64,000 nucleotides of DNA from the human T2T-CHM13v2.0 reference genome, Homo sapiens. Position 1 is the stretch's first letter. The number at the start of each line of letters is the position of its first letter. A model generated the notes under the pieces. The model was given only the letters and a program-made list of their open reading frames with translations. It had not been told where the DNA came from and did not search any database. The DNA is taken from the NCBI RefSeq assembly GCF_009914755.1, contig NC_060927.1; one strand, written 5' to 3'. The position numbers and the translations under genes are program-made. This document shows positions 13,255 to 27,494 of the stretch, piece by piece.

Positions 13255-14448
13255 TAAATATTTCTGTTGGATATAAGCCTAACAGTGGAATTTCTGAAAA
13301 TATATATTTTTCAGCTTTAGAAGATATAGCTAGTTTTCCAAAGAGGTTCTACCAATACTTGGTATTATCAAGTTTAGGCTTTGAAAAATACATATTATTG
13401 GATATAGAGAGGTAACTCATTGTCATTTTAACTTGAGTTTTAGAATTTGAGTTTAGAATGAGAGGCATGGATCATCAGTAACACAGAAATAGTTCCACTA
13501 ATGGCTTGGAAATCATTCCCATATTCGTGAGAGATTTGGAGCCTGTGCTTTGTCCAGCAGAAAAGGGGAAAGTGTTTTAAATCATGGGGTGAAATTTAGA
13601 GCAAAAAGGACTATCAGAGATCAAGACTGAAGTTGGTCCTTGGAGGTATGGGCAGACGTATTCCTTGTGATTCCTGAATTCTCATAGGTAACAGCAGCAG
13701 CATTTACTGTCTCATTAGGTATTCCCAATTTTGCCACTCTCTTTGTTTAACAAATTGGAACACAGTATGGCAAGTTGACAGAGTTGAGAAGAATTCTCAG
13801 TGATGTGCTCAAGGCACCTGTGCATATTTATGTGGTCTGCTCATGGTCCTCAGCAAGAAAGTCAACAGGCCCTTTCTAAATGAGAGATCTGGAAGACTTT
13901 CAGCAATCTGTTTGAGATAAAACATCTAACAGCATCTATGACATAAAGTGGAAATAAGAAGAAAAAAAACAAGTAAAAATTACTTTCAGTAAGGCTTAGA
14001 GTCTGCAAAATATGGGATCATGTCTCAATGAATATTTATTCACCTTCCATAAGAAGCTAAAAGTTGAAATAGTGACTCTTCCCTTACATGCTGGAATCAT
14101 TTCTGTGCCATCGTAGTTTATTAGCTATAAAATATGAATAATCAGTTTTTGTAGATTGAGCCTATCAATTCTAAGACATTATTGCAAGTGGTCCTCAACT
14201 TCTGTTCCACTTTGAAACAACTAGCAATTTATAAAATTTAACATAAGAACAACCTGAACTATAACATGTGAGTGTACAAGAAATCAAAAAATGTTATTTA
14301 AATGAATAAATGATTATTTGAAAAAGGTATGTGTTGTATATGGAAATACCCAATTCTATATTTCTATATTATTAAAGACTCCAAAAATTAAATCAATTTT
14401 ATGAAATATTGAAATATCTTTTAGAAGTCACATATACATTTTTATGTC

Positions 14449-14479
<31 letters not shown>

Positions 14480-14499
14480 CATAAAAATATATATCTGTA

Positions 14500-14914
<415 letters not shown>

Positions 14915-15384
14915 TTAGACATTGTTTACATCTTGCTTTTTCTCACTTCTTAGATCTTACAGCTCTTTCAATGTCCTAAATGCAAGACTTCCAGAGATCA
15001 ATGTCAGCATGTCTCTCTTATTTTATGAAATGGCTACATGAGTTTACATTATAGGCATCTACCATGATTCAGTTGAACAGTCTCTTCCTGATGGACATTT
15101 TGTTATTTTCTTCCTATTAAAGCAATGCTGGGATAAACACAATACTTGATATATTTATATAACATGAGACTATATTTGTAGGAGAGATTCTGGAAAATGT
15201 ACATGCTCAATCAGAAGGGCTATGTGAATTCTGAAGGTATTTCCAACATTTTTCACACTCTTTTCTCTGCAGGAGGCTGTGATACCAGCTTCATTCAAAT
15301 CATAGGGACTAAGAAGAGGGGAGGCATAATTAAATCAGTACAAGGAGTAATGGATGGTTCATAGGCCAGAAAAATAAACATATA

Positions 15385-15455
15385 TACATACATGCACACA
15401 TACACATTCATACTCATACACACGCATACACACACACACACACAAACACACACAT
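15385..15455. repeat. Imperfect (CA)n
   Basis: Direct read. Confidence 0.8.
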
Positions 15456-15577
15456 CACCACATTAGGGAGAAGCCCTCATTTTCAGCTGTGACATTAGCT
15501 AACATGGTTTGAGACAAGTCTTTCACTTCTCTAAGATTGGATTCTCTCATTTGCATAATGAAATACGTGGCCTAAAG

Positions 15578-16103
<526 letters not shown>

Positions 16104-16315
16104 AACTAAATGATCTGTAATATCCCTTCTAGTATTTTATGAACCTGTCAAATCCTCAGAACCCTAGGTGTCTGTTTCCTTCTTTTTAGATTATAAACTC
16201 TTTGAGAGCAAAGAGTAGGCCAGAAATCCAGTTGTCAGTAGCTATTGTTTCATACAGCAAATAATGAAAGCGTAAGTACTATAGGAATCCCTGTAAGTTT
16301 GGTCACTTTATAAAC

Positions 16316-16686
16316 TGATATGGTTTGGCTGTGTCCCCACCCAAGTCTCATCTTGAATTGTAGCTCCCATAATTCCCATATGTTGTGGGAGGGACCCAGT
16401 GAGAGATAATTGAATTATAGGGGCAGTTTCCCTCATACTGTTCTCGTGGTAGTGAATAAGTCTAAGGAGATAGGATGGTTTTATAAGGGGCAACCCGTTT
16501 TGCTTGGTTCTCTCGTTCTCTCTTCCCTGCCGTCATGTAAGATGTGACTTGCTCCTCCTTGCCTTCCACCATGATTGTGAGGCCTTCCCAGCCATGTGGA
16601 ACTGTGAATCCATTAAACCTCTTTTCTTTATAAATTACTCAGACTCAGGTATGTCTTTATCAGCAGTGTGAAAACAAACTAATACA
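16316..16686 (+). mobile_element. THE1 solo LTR
   Basis: TGATATGGTTTGGCTGTGTCCCCACCC...AACTAATACA. Confidence 0.93.
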
Positions 16687-17554
16687 AAGACTACCATGTT
16701 TTTGAACATACATTGTTGACTTTCAATATCTCTTTTACTGCTGGATTTGAGACTTGATTCTGTGACAACAAAGCCATGAGCTCTTTATTCAACTCTTGAC
16801 TGTTATCTGACTTCTGATGTTATCTGGCACCACCAGGGAGATCATCTGAGACCTTACTATGACAATGGATTGGGGGTCTATAAACAGTGAGTGTTTTAAT
16901 CTATTAAGTGTCTGAAGAGTATTACCACAAACAAGTGGTGTCTTGCTCAAACTGCTAAAACTAATACAGACCTTCATTCTCAGAGTCACTCATCTTGGGA
17001 TCTAAAAGAGTGTTAGAAGAATTGGATGACGTTATATACCTCTTTTGGCTTTCATGACAACACACCCTTCAGAGGCAGAGTTTCATTCCGAGCTAAATTC
17101 TACCCTAACTCACTACATCTCCTTGAACAGCTTGCTTAACATTACTGAAACTCTTTCTTTATCTCTAAAATTAGACTATTACCTTACCTCCAGGGGTATT
17201 GAGAGACTCTAATTTGTTAATTTATATAAAGCAGATTACACAATTCCTAGCACATAGGCATATATCAATATGTCGTAGCTTTTTTAATTGGTCTAAGTTT
17301 TTGATCAATAATTTAGAGATTTGTCTCTAAATCACTGATTCAGAGAGAGCATTTCTTAATACGAATTCCTTCATTATTTTCCTACTACCATGGCCCAGCA
17401 TCTTTGACTCATTCTTCTTCATTTCACACTGAAACACAGTAATGGTCTTCTAGTTGCAATCTTCTCAAATTCACCCTACTAGAGTAATTCTCCCAAGACA
17501 CAACTTTTACACAGAATCTGTTACTCAAGAAAAGAGATCCAAAAGACAGCATAC

Positions 17555-17840
17555 TTTCTTTTTTTTGTTTTGTTTTCTGAGACGGAGTCTCGCTCTGTCG
17601 CCCAGGCTGGAGTGCAGTGGCGCGATCTTGACTCACTGCAAGCTCTGCCTCCCGGGTTCATGCCAGTGTCCTGCCTCAGCCTCCTGAGTAGCTGGGACTA
17701 CAGGCACCTGCCACCATGCCTGGCTAATTTTTTGTATTTTTAATAGAGACGGGGTTTAACCGTTTTAGCCAGGATGGTTTCGATCTGACCTCGTGATCCG
17801 CCCGCCTCGGCCTCCCAAAGTGCTGGGATTGCAGGTGTGA
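17555..17840 (-). mobile_element. AluY, 5'-truncated by about 16 nt
   Basis: gcaagctctgcctcccgggttcatgcca and ttagccaggatgg diagnostics. Confidence 0.93.
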
Positions 17841-17844
17841 AATT

Positions 17845-20240
17845 CTTAAACATTTATTCTGCATTTACTGGGCTCCTCCTGTATATCAGGCACTGTATTT
17901 GGATATTGTAGACACCAAGAAGAAAAGAAGCTGGAAGCCTCTGCAAAAGAGAAGCAAGTTAACCAATGATTACCACATGGGGTTGGCAGTGCTGACACAG
18001 AGGAAAGACCAGGGAGATGAGAATGGGTATAGAAATCACCTAGAAAAGTAACAGAGTTGTCAGTGAAAACTTGCAAAAGGGGATAACATTTCCCCTAGGT
18101 CTTAAAAGATGAGGTAGCAGGTATCCATGAGTTTTGCCACGCAGCTTTCATTTCCTGCTTCTCCTGGTTTAAAAGTCCTGATTTTCCTCAAGAAGATTAA
18201 TTCCTCTACTCTCTTCCTTTTGGTAGAACTGTCTATGGACTTAACCCAGCAGGCTGACATTAACATAGTTCTGAGCCAATTTAAACAACACATTCTTGTA
18301 GCCAGGGTGATGGATTCAGGCCTTTCGGAGCTCCTGGAAGCCTTATTGCCACCATAAGTAGAAAATCTGCCTGAGATTTGAGCTAACATTAGGGGAAGAA
18401 CAGAGCAATGGAGAGAAAGAAACTAGATTCTGTTGACATAGTTGAAGCCTCTGGTCCTGGAAGTGCCTAAAGTTAGTCCTGTCCCTGGACTGTTTAATTC
18501 GTGGAGCCACTAAATTCAACTTCTTTCTTAAGCCAGTTGGGGTCAGTTCTGTTGTTTCTTGCAATCAACATAGGTCTTTGCCAGACATAGGGAAGACAGA
18601 TATTCCCAACTAAGGAATCAGCAAATAAAAAGGCATGCCCTTGAAATAAAAAGGTGCATCCAGGCCTCGGCAAGTAGTCTAGCTCAGCTATGCCACAGAA
18701 TGGGAGTAAGGAAGTAACCCAGCACACACTGGAGACAGAGAAGGCCCAACTCATAAGGATCTTGCATAACTTTAAAAAATAGATATACATGTCAGGGGTC
18801 AATAAACATTTTCTGTAAAGAACAGACATTTCTGGCTTTGTTGACCAAGAGTCTACATATGGTCTCTTTCAAAGCTATTCAACTGTACTCTCGTAGCAGG
18901 GAATTAATCATAGACAATATGTACCCGGATCTATATAATGCTTCATGGATTATAAAACCCATTTACATCTTCTTCATTAATCCATTCAGCAAATATTTAC
19001 TGAACACTCTTTATGTGCTCAGTTGTAGCCTCTGATTAAGAAGTTATATTTAGCTTACCCACTACCCTGCTTTAGAGGGATTTTTTGTCCCAGTTGTCAT
19101 GGGCAGAATGGGAGAAGAAGACAAAATACAAATGAGCAGCAAGATAATTTCAGAGAATGCTAGTTGCAATAAAGAAGGGTAGACAGGGAGATGTGGTTGG
19201 AAGAGTCAGGGGTTTATTTTACCTAGGGTGGTTTGAAAAATACCTCCCTGAAACAGATTCTGTGGGGCTGATATAGGTAAACTTGTGGGAGAGAAGCCTT
19301 CAGAGCAGAGGGAACAGCAAGAGCTAAGACTTTAAGAGGATAATGCCTTTCACATGTTTAAAAAACAGGCAAAGGGCCAGTGTCACTGGAGCCCGAAGTT
19401 TATAGAAGGAAACAATAGGAGGTTGAGGCCAAGTCACTTATAGCTCTTTAGACTGAGGTATGAAGCTTGATTTTATGCCTTGGGAAGCCACGGAAGGATT
19501 TTAAGCTAGGGAGAAACACAATCTGATACGTACATTTTACAATAACACTGTCCAATGACAATACAATGTGAATCACACATGTGACTCTACATTTTCTAGT
19601 AGCCACATTCAAAAGTAAAAAGACACAAGTAAACTTAATTTTCATACTGCTTTACTCCAAATGCATCCAAATTATTGTCATTTCAACATGTAATCAATAT
19701 AAAAATTATTAACGAGTTATTTTACATTCTTTCTTCTTTGTACTAAATCTTAAAATTCAGTGTATATTTTAGACTTATAGCGTATCTCATTTGGAACCAG
19801 CCACCTTTCCAGGGCTCAGAAGGCACTCTGCCTAGTGGTTACCATGTTGAACAGCATAGTTTTAGAAAGATCACTGTGACTACTGAGTAGGGAATGGAAT
19901 ATCTAGAGCAAGAGTGGAAGCAAGGGAAACAGTTATTGGCTATTGCAGCGGTCTAGGTGAAAGGGGATGAGCCAGGGTAAGAGTAGCAGAGAGGAATTAA
20001 TTTGGGATGTGTCAGGGAGGTAAGATGCAATGCATTGGATTGGTGGGTGAGGTGAAAAAAGGAATAGAAGCTGATTTCTGGAGGTTGGCATGAGCAACTA
20101 GGTTGTTGGTTCTATTTTCTGAATGATCAAAGCCTAGGAGAGAAAGAAGCTGGGCAGAAGCAGAATGAGGAGTTTGGGTTTAGATATATCAAGTTCAAGA
20201 TGCCTATTAAGCAACCAGGAAGGCAGTTAAATGGAGTGAT
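17845..20240 (+). mobile_element. L2 fragment(s) carrying nested MLT1 (~18110-18570), MER58 (~18792-18930) and MER33 (~19545-19860)
   Basis: L2 motifs (cattcagcaaatatttactgaac, gggaagccacggaaggattttaagc); caggggtcaataaacattttctgtaaag (MER58); ctgtccaat...ttttctagtagccacatt (MER33). Confidence 0.7.
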
Positions 20241-21494
20241 TCTGTCCCAAGGATCCATCATTAATCCTAGAGGCAGAAGTAGTTTCTCATATTTCAAAAT
20301 CTTTGAAAAAGCAAGTTTTAATCTTCATACACTTGGCCCACATTCTCCCCTTCTACTTACTCCTCTCCCTTTTTCTAAAGAGATTGATTTCACTTTCCAT
20401 GAGATGCTACAGTATTTTCAGTTTAAATAGAAACTTCAAATAAATTGGATTTAAAATCTTCTCAGGGAAAAGGGAAACAATTTGCTTGCTGGGGTTTAAT
20501 TTCAAGGCAAGAGTCATAATCAAGGCTATTTTAACCCATCCTTTGATTACCTTCATGGCAACACATGCTCTTGCAAAGATAGGAAGATTATTAGAATTTT
20601 AAGGAGGTGGATGTGGCTGTATCTACACACAAAGTAGCAATGAAAAGGTTCATGGGTTGCAGTCTCCAGCCTCTGGGGCCTCTAATCCACCCAGAACAAA
20701 TAACTGTCTTTTCTCTTAACAATTGCCGCAGCTACAGGCTACAAAATCTCTCTTGGTGGTCAACTGCACTACCTTATCACACACAAGGGTAAATGTTGTC
20801 AACCTGCCAGCTGGCTTTGCCAGATGTCTAACTGATTCCAGCCATTTGTTTTCAAAACAACCCACTTGTTTGTGCTAAGTTGCTCTACCCCAACCCACAC
20901 TACATGTGTTAACAGTGGCCTAAATAAATCTGTGTTTTTATTGTACTTTGCCACTGGCTTACTTAGAGAATCAGGAAAAGTCCATCATTTTTTGCCTCTA
21001 CTGACAAAGTCAGAATTTAGATGAGTGTACCTGATGAAATTTTTCTGAGCCACTCCTTATGCAATATTGAAACCCAAGTTTACTCACCGTATTTACCAGA
21101 AAGCATCTAAGATATGTCAATTCCTCTATTTCCTTTGACACTCCAATAAATGTAAGCAAATTGTAGTTACTATAAAAGTCCTTGAATATACCTGGTAAAG
21201 AATTCTATATTCAGTCAATTAAATTCAAATGCCCAGTTATTTATACCAATAGATGATTCAGACCCTCTCACTGGCTACTTGCCTGATGGTAGTTCACCAC
21301 TGATTCGCACCTTGAACTATAATTTCTAGGAAATTTTAAATACTAAAATGTACATTTTGCTATAGTAAAAAGCCAGTAAGCATTTAAGAGGAAAGTTTGG
21401 GATCATTGACTATCTCTCCAGTCACTGCTTTTAAACATTTAATCTGTAATTCACTGAAGGTCAGTAAAATGGAGACCTTTCCTTCACTGATAAT

Positions 21495-21799
21495 TTTATT
21501 TTTTTAAAATGTGTTCTCACTATCACCTAGGCTGGAGTGCAGTGGTGTGATCATGGCTCACTGCAGCTTCGACCTCCTGGGCTCAAGCAGCTCCTGAGTG
21601 AGTAGCCTCCATTCCTGGCTAAATTTTTATTTTTATTTTTATTTTATTTTATTTTATTTTATTTTATTTTATTTTATTTTATTTTATTTTGGTAGAGATA
21701 GGGTCTCAATAAGTTGCCCAGGCTGATCTCAAACTTCTGGGCTCAAGCCATCCTCAGCCTCCCAAAGTGCTGAGATTACAGATGTGGGCCACCAGCCCG
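21495..21799 (-). mobile_element. Degenerate AluJ with (TTTTA)n in the central linker
   Basis: atcatggctcactgcagc, ctgggctcaagc AluJ diagnostics; several internal deletions. Confidence 0.85.
21624..21690. repeat. (TTTTA)n pentanucleotide repeat, about 13 units
   Basis: Direct read. Confidence 0.95.
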
Positions 21800-23009
21800 A
21801 TAAATTCTTATTAAACAGATTTCAGCAGCCTGAACAACTAGTTACTAAATTAAAAAAAAGCCATATACAGGATTGTTTTTGCTTTGCTTGCTTATCTGGC
21901 CACTCCCTGTGGTCTGAAACATGACCATGTTCACAAATTCAGGCCGTCTACCTGGACCTTGGTCGTTCCCATTTGCAGCACCTGATCTGTACCATGCCTC
22001 CAACATGAGAAAAGCTTAGACTTTGAACACAAACAGAAATGGGTTCAAATCTCAGCCTTACCAGTTGCTAGCACTGTGACTTGTGGAACGCTTTTTGATC
22101 TAAGACTGTTTCCTCATATATAAAATGAAGATGATAACTCATCTTTCTAACAGGGTAGTTGAAAGAGATAATGCATTGTACTCACCAATACAAGACATAT
22201 AGCAAAGCATTTCGTAATGACGACCTCTGGGTCTGCGAAAAGAACCCTTGTTTGATGGTGTCAATGCAGCATTAATTATCATTAAAAAGGTAAGCATTCA
22301 GTTAATTACCCGGATGTCTTGATATCTGGGCACATACACAACTGAGCTACCCACTTCTCATTCAATATCTTAGCATTTTGTCCTAATCAGTGTTTTCTAC
22401 ATTTCGGGGGCAGTTTGGTATCACCCTATGTGTTATTGGTATGCTCATTTTTAAAACAATTTAAAACCATTTAAAATGTGAGTTTATTGTGATGTTTCAT
22501 TGCCAGTAAGTTTTGACAACAAAATAAAGATAAAATGAAATAAAATACCAGAAATAACAGTAATTTTATCCTTTGAGATCCGATGAATCCAAGCCAGATC
22601 ATTCTTAAACTTATGAAAAGATGGGAAATGTTATGATGGTCCAGAGAGCGTTTGAAACATCAGAATTTAATTGCAAATAAGAGAGAATGTCAATTGTCTA
22701 GAAATGTGACTTAATCCAAAATATTATAATGTCAGGGAAGCTTTGTGGAAACTTGATAGTACTTGATAGCAAAATTCGGATGGTTCTAATTACAGTCAGA
22801 AACCAGCATCATCTTTTTTATAACACACTGTAAATTTCTTTTATTATTTAAAAGCTCTAGATTTGACAAAAGAAAAGAATAGCCAAGTTCATCATTTCTT
22901 AATTTTTCACAGCAAGTTAATTATGTTTTATGATTCATAAGTCATCGCATATTTGTAAAGATGGAAGTGTGTGTTTATTTCTACAAATGTTAAAATTTCT
23001 ATGACTGTT

Positions 23010-23387
<378 letters not shown>

Positions 23388-23616
23388 TTACACATTCATC
23401 ATATTGAAACATTTAGAGTGTTGTAGATGTTTTTGCTTGTTCTTTTTATTGGCATGTATTGGAGGGTTTCACAGAAAGAAGCCGCTACGTGATCTGGCAT
23501 CTACAGGTTGCAGTAAGTAGCACAAATTTCTTCTTTACAGATGCCCCCCCATAGCAATAAGCATAGTGTCAGTAGAGACAGATAAAACCATATTTCAGCA
23601 CCTACTAGTATGCGTA

Positions 23617-24055
23617 TGTATTAGCCAGGGTTCTCTAGAAGGACAGAACTAATAGGATAGATGTATACGTAAAGGGGAGTTTATTAAGGAGTATTGACTC
23701 ACACAATCACAAGGTGATGTCCCACAATAGGCCGTCTGCAAGCTGAGGAACAAGGAAGCCAGTCAGAGTCCCAAAGCTGAAGAACTTGGAGTCCGATGTT
23801 CAAGGGCAGGAAGCATGCAGCATGGGAGAAAGACGTAGGCCAGAAAATTAGGCCAGTCTAATATTTTCACGTTCTTCTGTCTGCTTTTATTCTAGCCACG
23901 CTGGCAGCTGATTAGATGGTGCCCACTCAGATTGAGGGTGGGTCTACCTTCAGTCCACTGACTCAAATGTTAATCTTCTTTTGCAACATCCTCAGGGGAA
24001 CAATACTTTGCATCCTTCAATACAATCAAGTTGACACGCAATATTAACCATCACA
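23617..24055 (-). mobile_element. MLT2A (HERV-L) solo LTR
   Basis: Reverse complement starts TGTGATGGTTAATATT and ends CTAATACA; 5-bp TSD GCGTA (23612-23616)/GTGTA (24056-24060). Confidence 0.93.
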
Positions 24056-24084
24056 GTGTACAAAAAGCACTGAGACTTGGGACT

Positions 24085-24720
24085 CTTAAGGACCAAAACT
24101 CTGGAGTCCTATTTGGGTTCAAGTCCAGGATCTGCTTTTGATCTTGAGAAAATTCCTCAAATTCCCTAGGCTTCAATTTTTCCATCTGCATAATGGCAAT
24201 AAGATACCTGCACCACAGGGTTTTGTAAATATTAAATGAGATGATAAATAGAAGATTATTAGTGTACAGCCTGCAATATGATGAGTGCTCAATATATGGC
24301 ATTGTTGTCTCATTTTTATTAGTAGTGGAATTAAAGCTGTTGGTGTTGATTGATTGTGTTATTTTGGGAAAGCTGTTTAATTTTTCTGTGCCTCATTTTC
24401 CTCATCTCTAAAATGGAATCACCTCATAGGGTTATTATGAGGATTAAGTGAACATGTGGCTCTGTTATAACTGGCACCACCAACAGAACCGACATTTATT
24501 ATGCACTTACAGATCTGACAGGCTCTGAGCTAAGTGCTTTATTTTCAGAATCTCATTTAATCCTGACAACTTTCATATTATTATCCTCATTTGGAACATA
24601 AGAAAACTGAGACTAAGAAAAATTGAGCTAATGTCACAAGTCACATAGCTAGTAAGGCAGAAGAGTTGCAGTTTTTAACTCATGCATATCCAACTCAAAG
24701 GCTTTGCTTTTCATCATTTT
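24085..24720. mobile_element. Cluster of MIR fragments
   Basis: ctctggagtcc...gggttcaagtcc, cctcattttcctcatct.taaaatgg, gaaactgag.cta cores. Confidence 0.7.
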
Positions 24721-26374
24721 GTCATAATACCAGGATGTGCAGACTCAGATTGCTTTGCACCTAGGAAGGTAAATGTAATGAATAAAAATGGGAACTATAG
24801 CAACTTAGGAGAAGCGTGCCTCATGCAAAAGGAGTAGCGAATACCTATCATCACCATGAAGGAATGAGGAGCCAATGCTACCAATTCTATGGTCTACCAA
24901 GAAAAGTCTGAAAGCCATATTTTGATATGAAATTTTTTCATTATTAAATGTTTACAGCTAATTTAATTTAATTTTTAAGCACTGTGATGACCAAATAAAA
25001 TATATCTGTAGGCCAAACTCTATTTGCAAGTTGATTTTCAATGTTCACTCTGTATTGTTCTCTAGAAAAGCATTTCCCATACTGTGGTCCGTAGACCCCC
25101 GGTGTTTTTCTATGACTCATTTAGGGTCGTGTTCAAAATTATTTTCAGAAAATAATAAAACATTCTTCTTTTTCACTGTGTTGACATTTGCATTAATGCT
25201 ACAAAAGCGATGATAAGTAGTACTGCTGTTTCCTTAGCACAAAATCAAGGCAGTGGCACCAAAATATACTAGTAGCCATTGTTTTATTTGCTGCCATATG
25301 CACATGGTAAAATAAAAGAATGGCCATTTTCTTAAAAATGTTATTAAGAAACCAGTGAAAAGTTATTAATTTTATTTAATCTAAACTCTTGAGCACATGT
25401 AATATTTCATGTGACAAAATGGCAAGTACATATATTGTGATTGTGAATCAAATGGCCAGCTGGATGAGCCATCTTTTTTACTTAAATGAAAAATTGACAA
25501 ACTATGGTTATTCAGACTTGGTATTTTGCAACCCTTTTGTGAAACAAAACAAAATAAAAAGTGAGACTATCACTTCCAAGGAAAATAACCAATAGCATTT
25601 GTTGCCAATGATAGAGCTCAAGCTTTCAAGTGAAAAATTCAAATTTTGGGAAATTTTAGCTTGACAGATTTCCAATACTTATGGACTTTTCTGATGTTAT
25701 TGGTAATGATATTTAAAAACCACTACTTTTATTAGACAGTGAAATATTTCAACATTTCAAAAGTCTGCTTAATTCAGTGAACCAATATTTTCCAGTGAAT
25801 AGTTCATCATATTACAAAATCTTGCATGGATATAAGACCACTCACAGGAGAAGACAGACCAGTGGATTTTCAGGTAGCCATTGATAAGGTTTCAGAGAAA
25901 TATTGCAACTAAATTTTAAGAAACTACTATATTTTGAGCTTTTAATACGAAAGAAAAATATCCATGATTATCTTAAAAGACTGTTATAATCCTATAATAT
26001 TATCATATCATATAACATTTCCCCATTTTCCAGCTGCATATCTATGTAAGGGCAAATTTTCTTTATATGCTTCAAGCAAGACAACATATCATAAAAGTTT
26101 GGATACAGAAGCACAGAGTGAAACTAAAACTTTCTTCTATTAAGCTAGACATTTAAGAGATTTAAAAATCATAAAATAAGCCACTCTTCTTGCTAATTTT
26201 TTTTGTTTTGGAAAATATAGTTATTTTTGTTTAAAATATGCCATTTACATTAACATGTGATGTTTATTGTTAAATAAATTTTAAAATATTTTTAATTTTT
26301 CACTTTTAATTTCTAATGCAGTAAATATCAACAGATATCAATAGATGAACAAAGTTATTTAGAATCCTCTACAA

Positions 26375-26687
26375 TTTTTTCTTTTTTTTCTTTTTTTTTG
26401 TGGGGGGGACAGGGTCTTACTCTGTCAACCCAGGCTGGAGTGCAGTAATGCAATTACAGATCACTACAGCCGGACCTCCCAGGCTCAAGCAATCCTCCCA
26501 CCTCAACCCCCCGAGTTGCTGGAACTATGGGTGTACACTGCCACACCCAGCTAAGTTTTGTACTTTTTATAGAGATGGGATTTTATCTTCTTGCCCAGGC
26601 TGGTCTTAAACTCCCGGGCTCAAGCGATCCTCCTGCCTCGGCCTTCTAAAGTGCTAGGATTACAGGCATGACCCACTGCAGCTGGCC
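26375..26687 (-). mobile_element. AluJ
   Basis: ggctcaagcaatcctccc diagnostics; TSD TCCTC(T/C)ACAATTTTT. Confidence 0.92.
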
Positions 26688-26720
26688 TCCTCCACAATTT
26701 TTAAGAGTAGAAAGGGATCC

Positions 26721-27252
26721 AGCCATCCCATTACTGGGTATATACCCAAAGGATTATAAAACATGCTGCTGTAAAGACACGTGCACACGTATGTTTATTG
26801 CAGCACTATTCACAATAGCAAAGACTTGGAACCAACCCAAATGTCCAACAATGATAGACTGGATTAAGAAAAGATGGCACATATACACCATGGAATACTA
26901 TGTAGCCATAAAAAATGATGAGTTCATGTCCTTTGTAGGGACATGGATGAAATTGGAAATCATCATTCTCAGTAAACTATCGCCAAGAACAAAAAACCAA
27001 ACACCGCATATTCTCACTCATAGGTGGGAATTGAACAGTGAGAACACATGGACACAGGAAGGGGAACATCACACTCTGGGGACTGTTGTGGGGTGGGGGG
27101 AGGGGGGAGGGATAGCATTGGGAGATATACCTAATGTTAAATCACAAGTTAATGGGTGCAGCACACCAACATGGCACATGTATACATATGTAACTAACCT
27201 GCACATTGTGCACATGTACCCTAAAAGTATAATAAATAAATAAATTTTAAAA
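26721..27252 (+). mobile_element. 5'-truncated L1PA2/PA3-like 3' end
   Basis: ORF2 tail plus 3' UTR (aagaacaaaaaaccaaacaccgcatattctc); 18-bp TSD AAGAGT(A/G)GAAAGGGATCC at 26703-26720 and 27253-27270. Confidence 0.95.
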
Positions 27253-27305
27253 AAGAGTGGAAAGGGATCCTGAAACCAAATTGTCTGATAACCACTACTC
27301 TGGAA

Positions 27306-27494
27306 TAGTGCTACCCAACGTCATGTTTATGGATGGGCACTGTCAGCACAACATGGGAAATAGTTAAAAATATAATTTCTCAGCCCCTACTCTAGACCTA
27401 CCAAATCAGAATCTCTGCCTGTATGTCCCAGAAATCTGCATCTTAACAAGACTTCCAGATAATTCTGAAGCCCACCAAAGACAGAGGAGCTCTG
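27306..27494. mobile_element. MER5A-like hAT element
   Basis: agacctac..aatcagaatctctg...aatctgcat.ttaacaag core. Confidence 0.7.

Larger units (their letters stand above)
25068..27297. mobile_element. Charlie1-type hAT DNA transposon relic with nested AluJ and L1PA
   Basis: Starts ..tttcccatactgtggtccgtagacccc, ends gggatcctgaaacc...aaccacta; 8-bp TSD CTCTAGAA/CTCTGGAA. Confidence 0.75.

Noticed and set aside
26668-27243. 191-aa ORF as a novel fusion protein
   Set aside because: The ATG comes from an antisense Alu and runs into the L1 ORF2 tail, then frameshifts into the 3' UTR; no expression evidence
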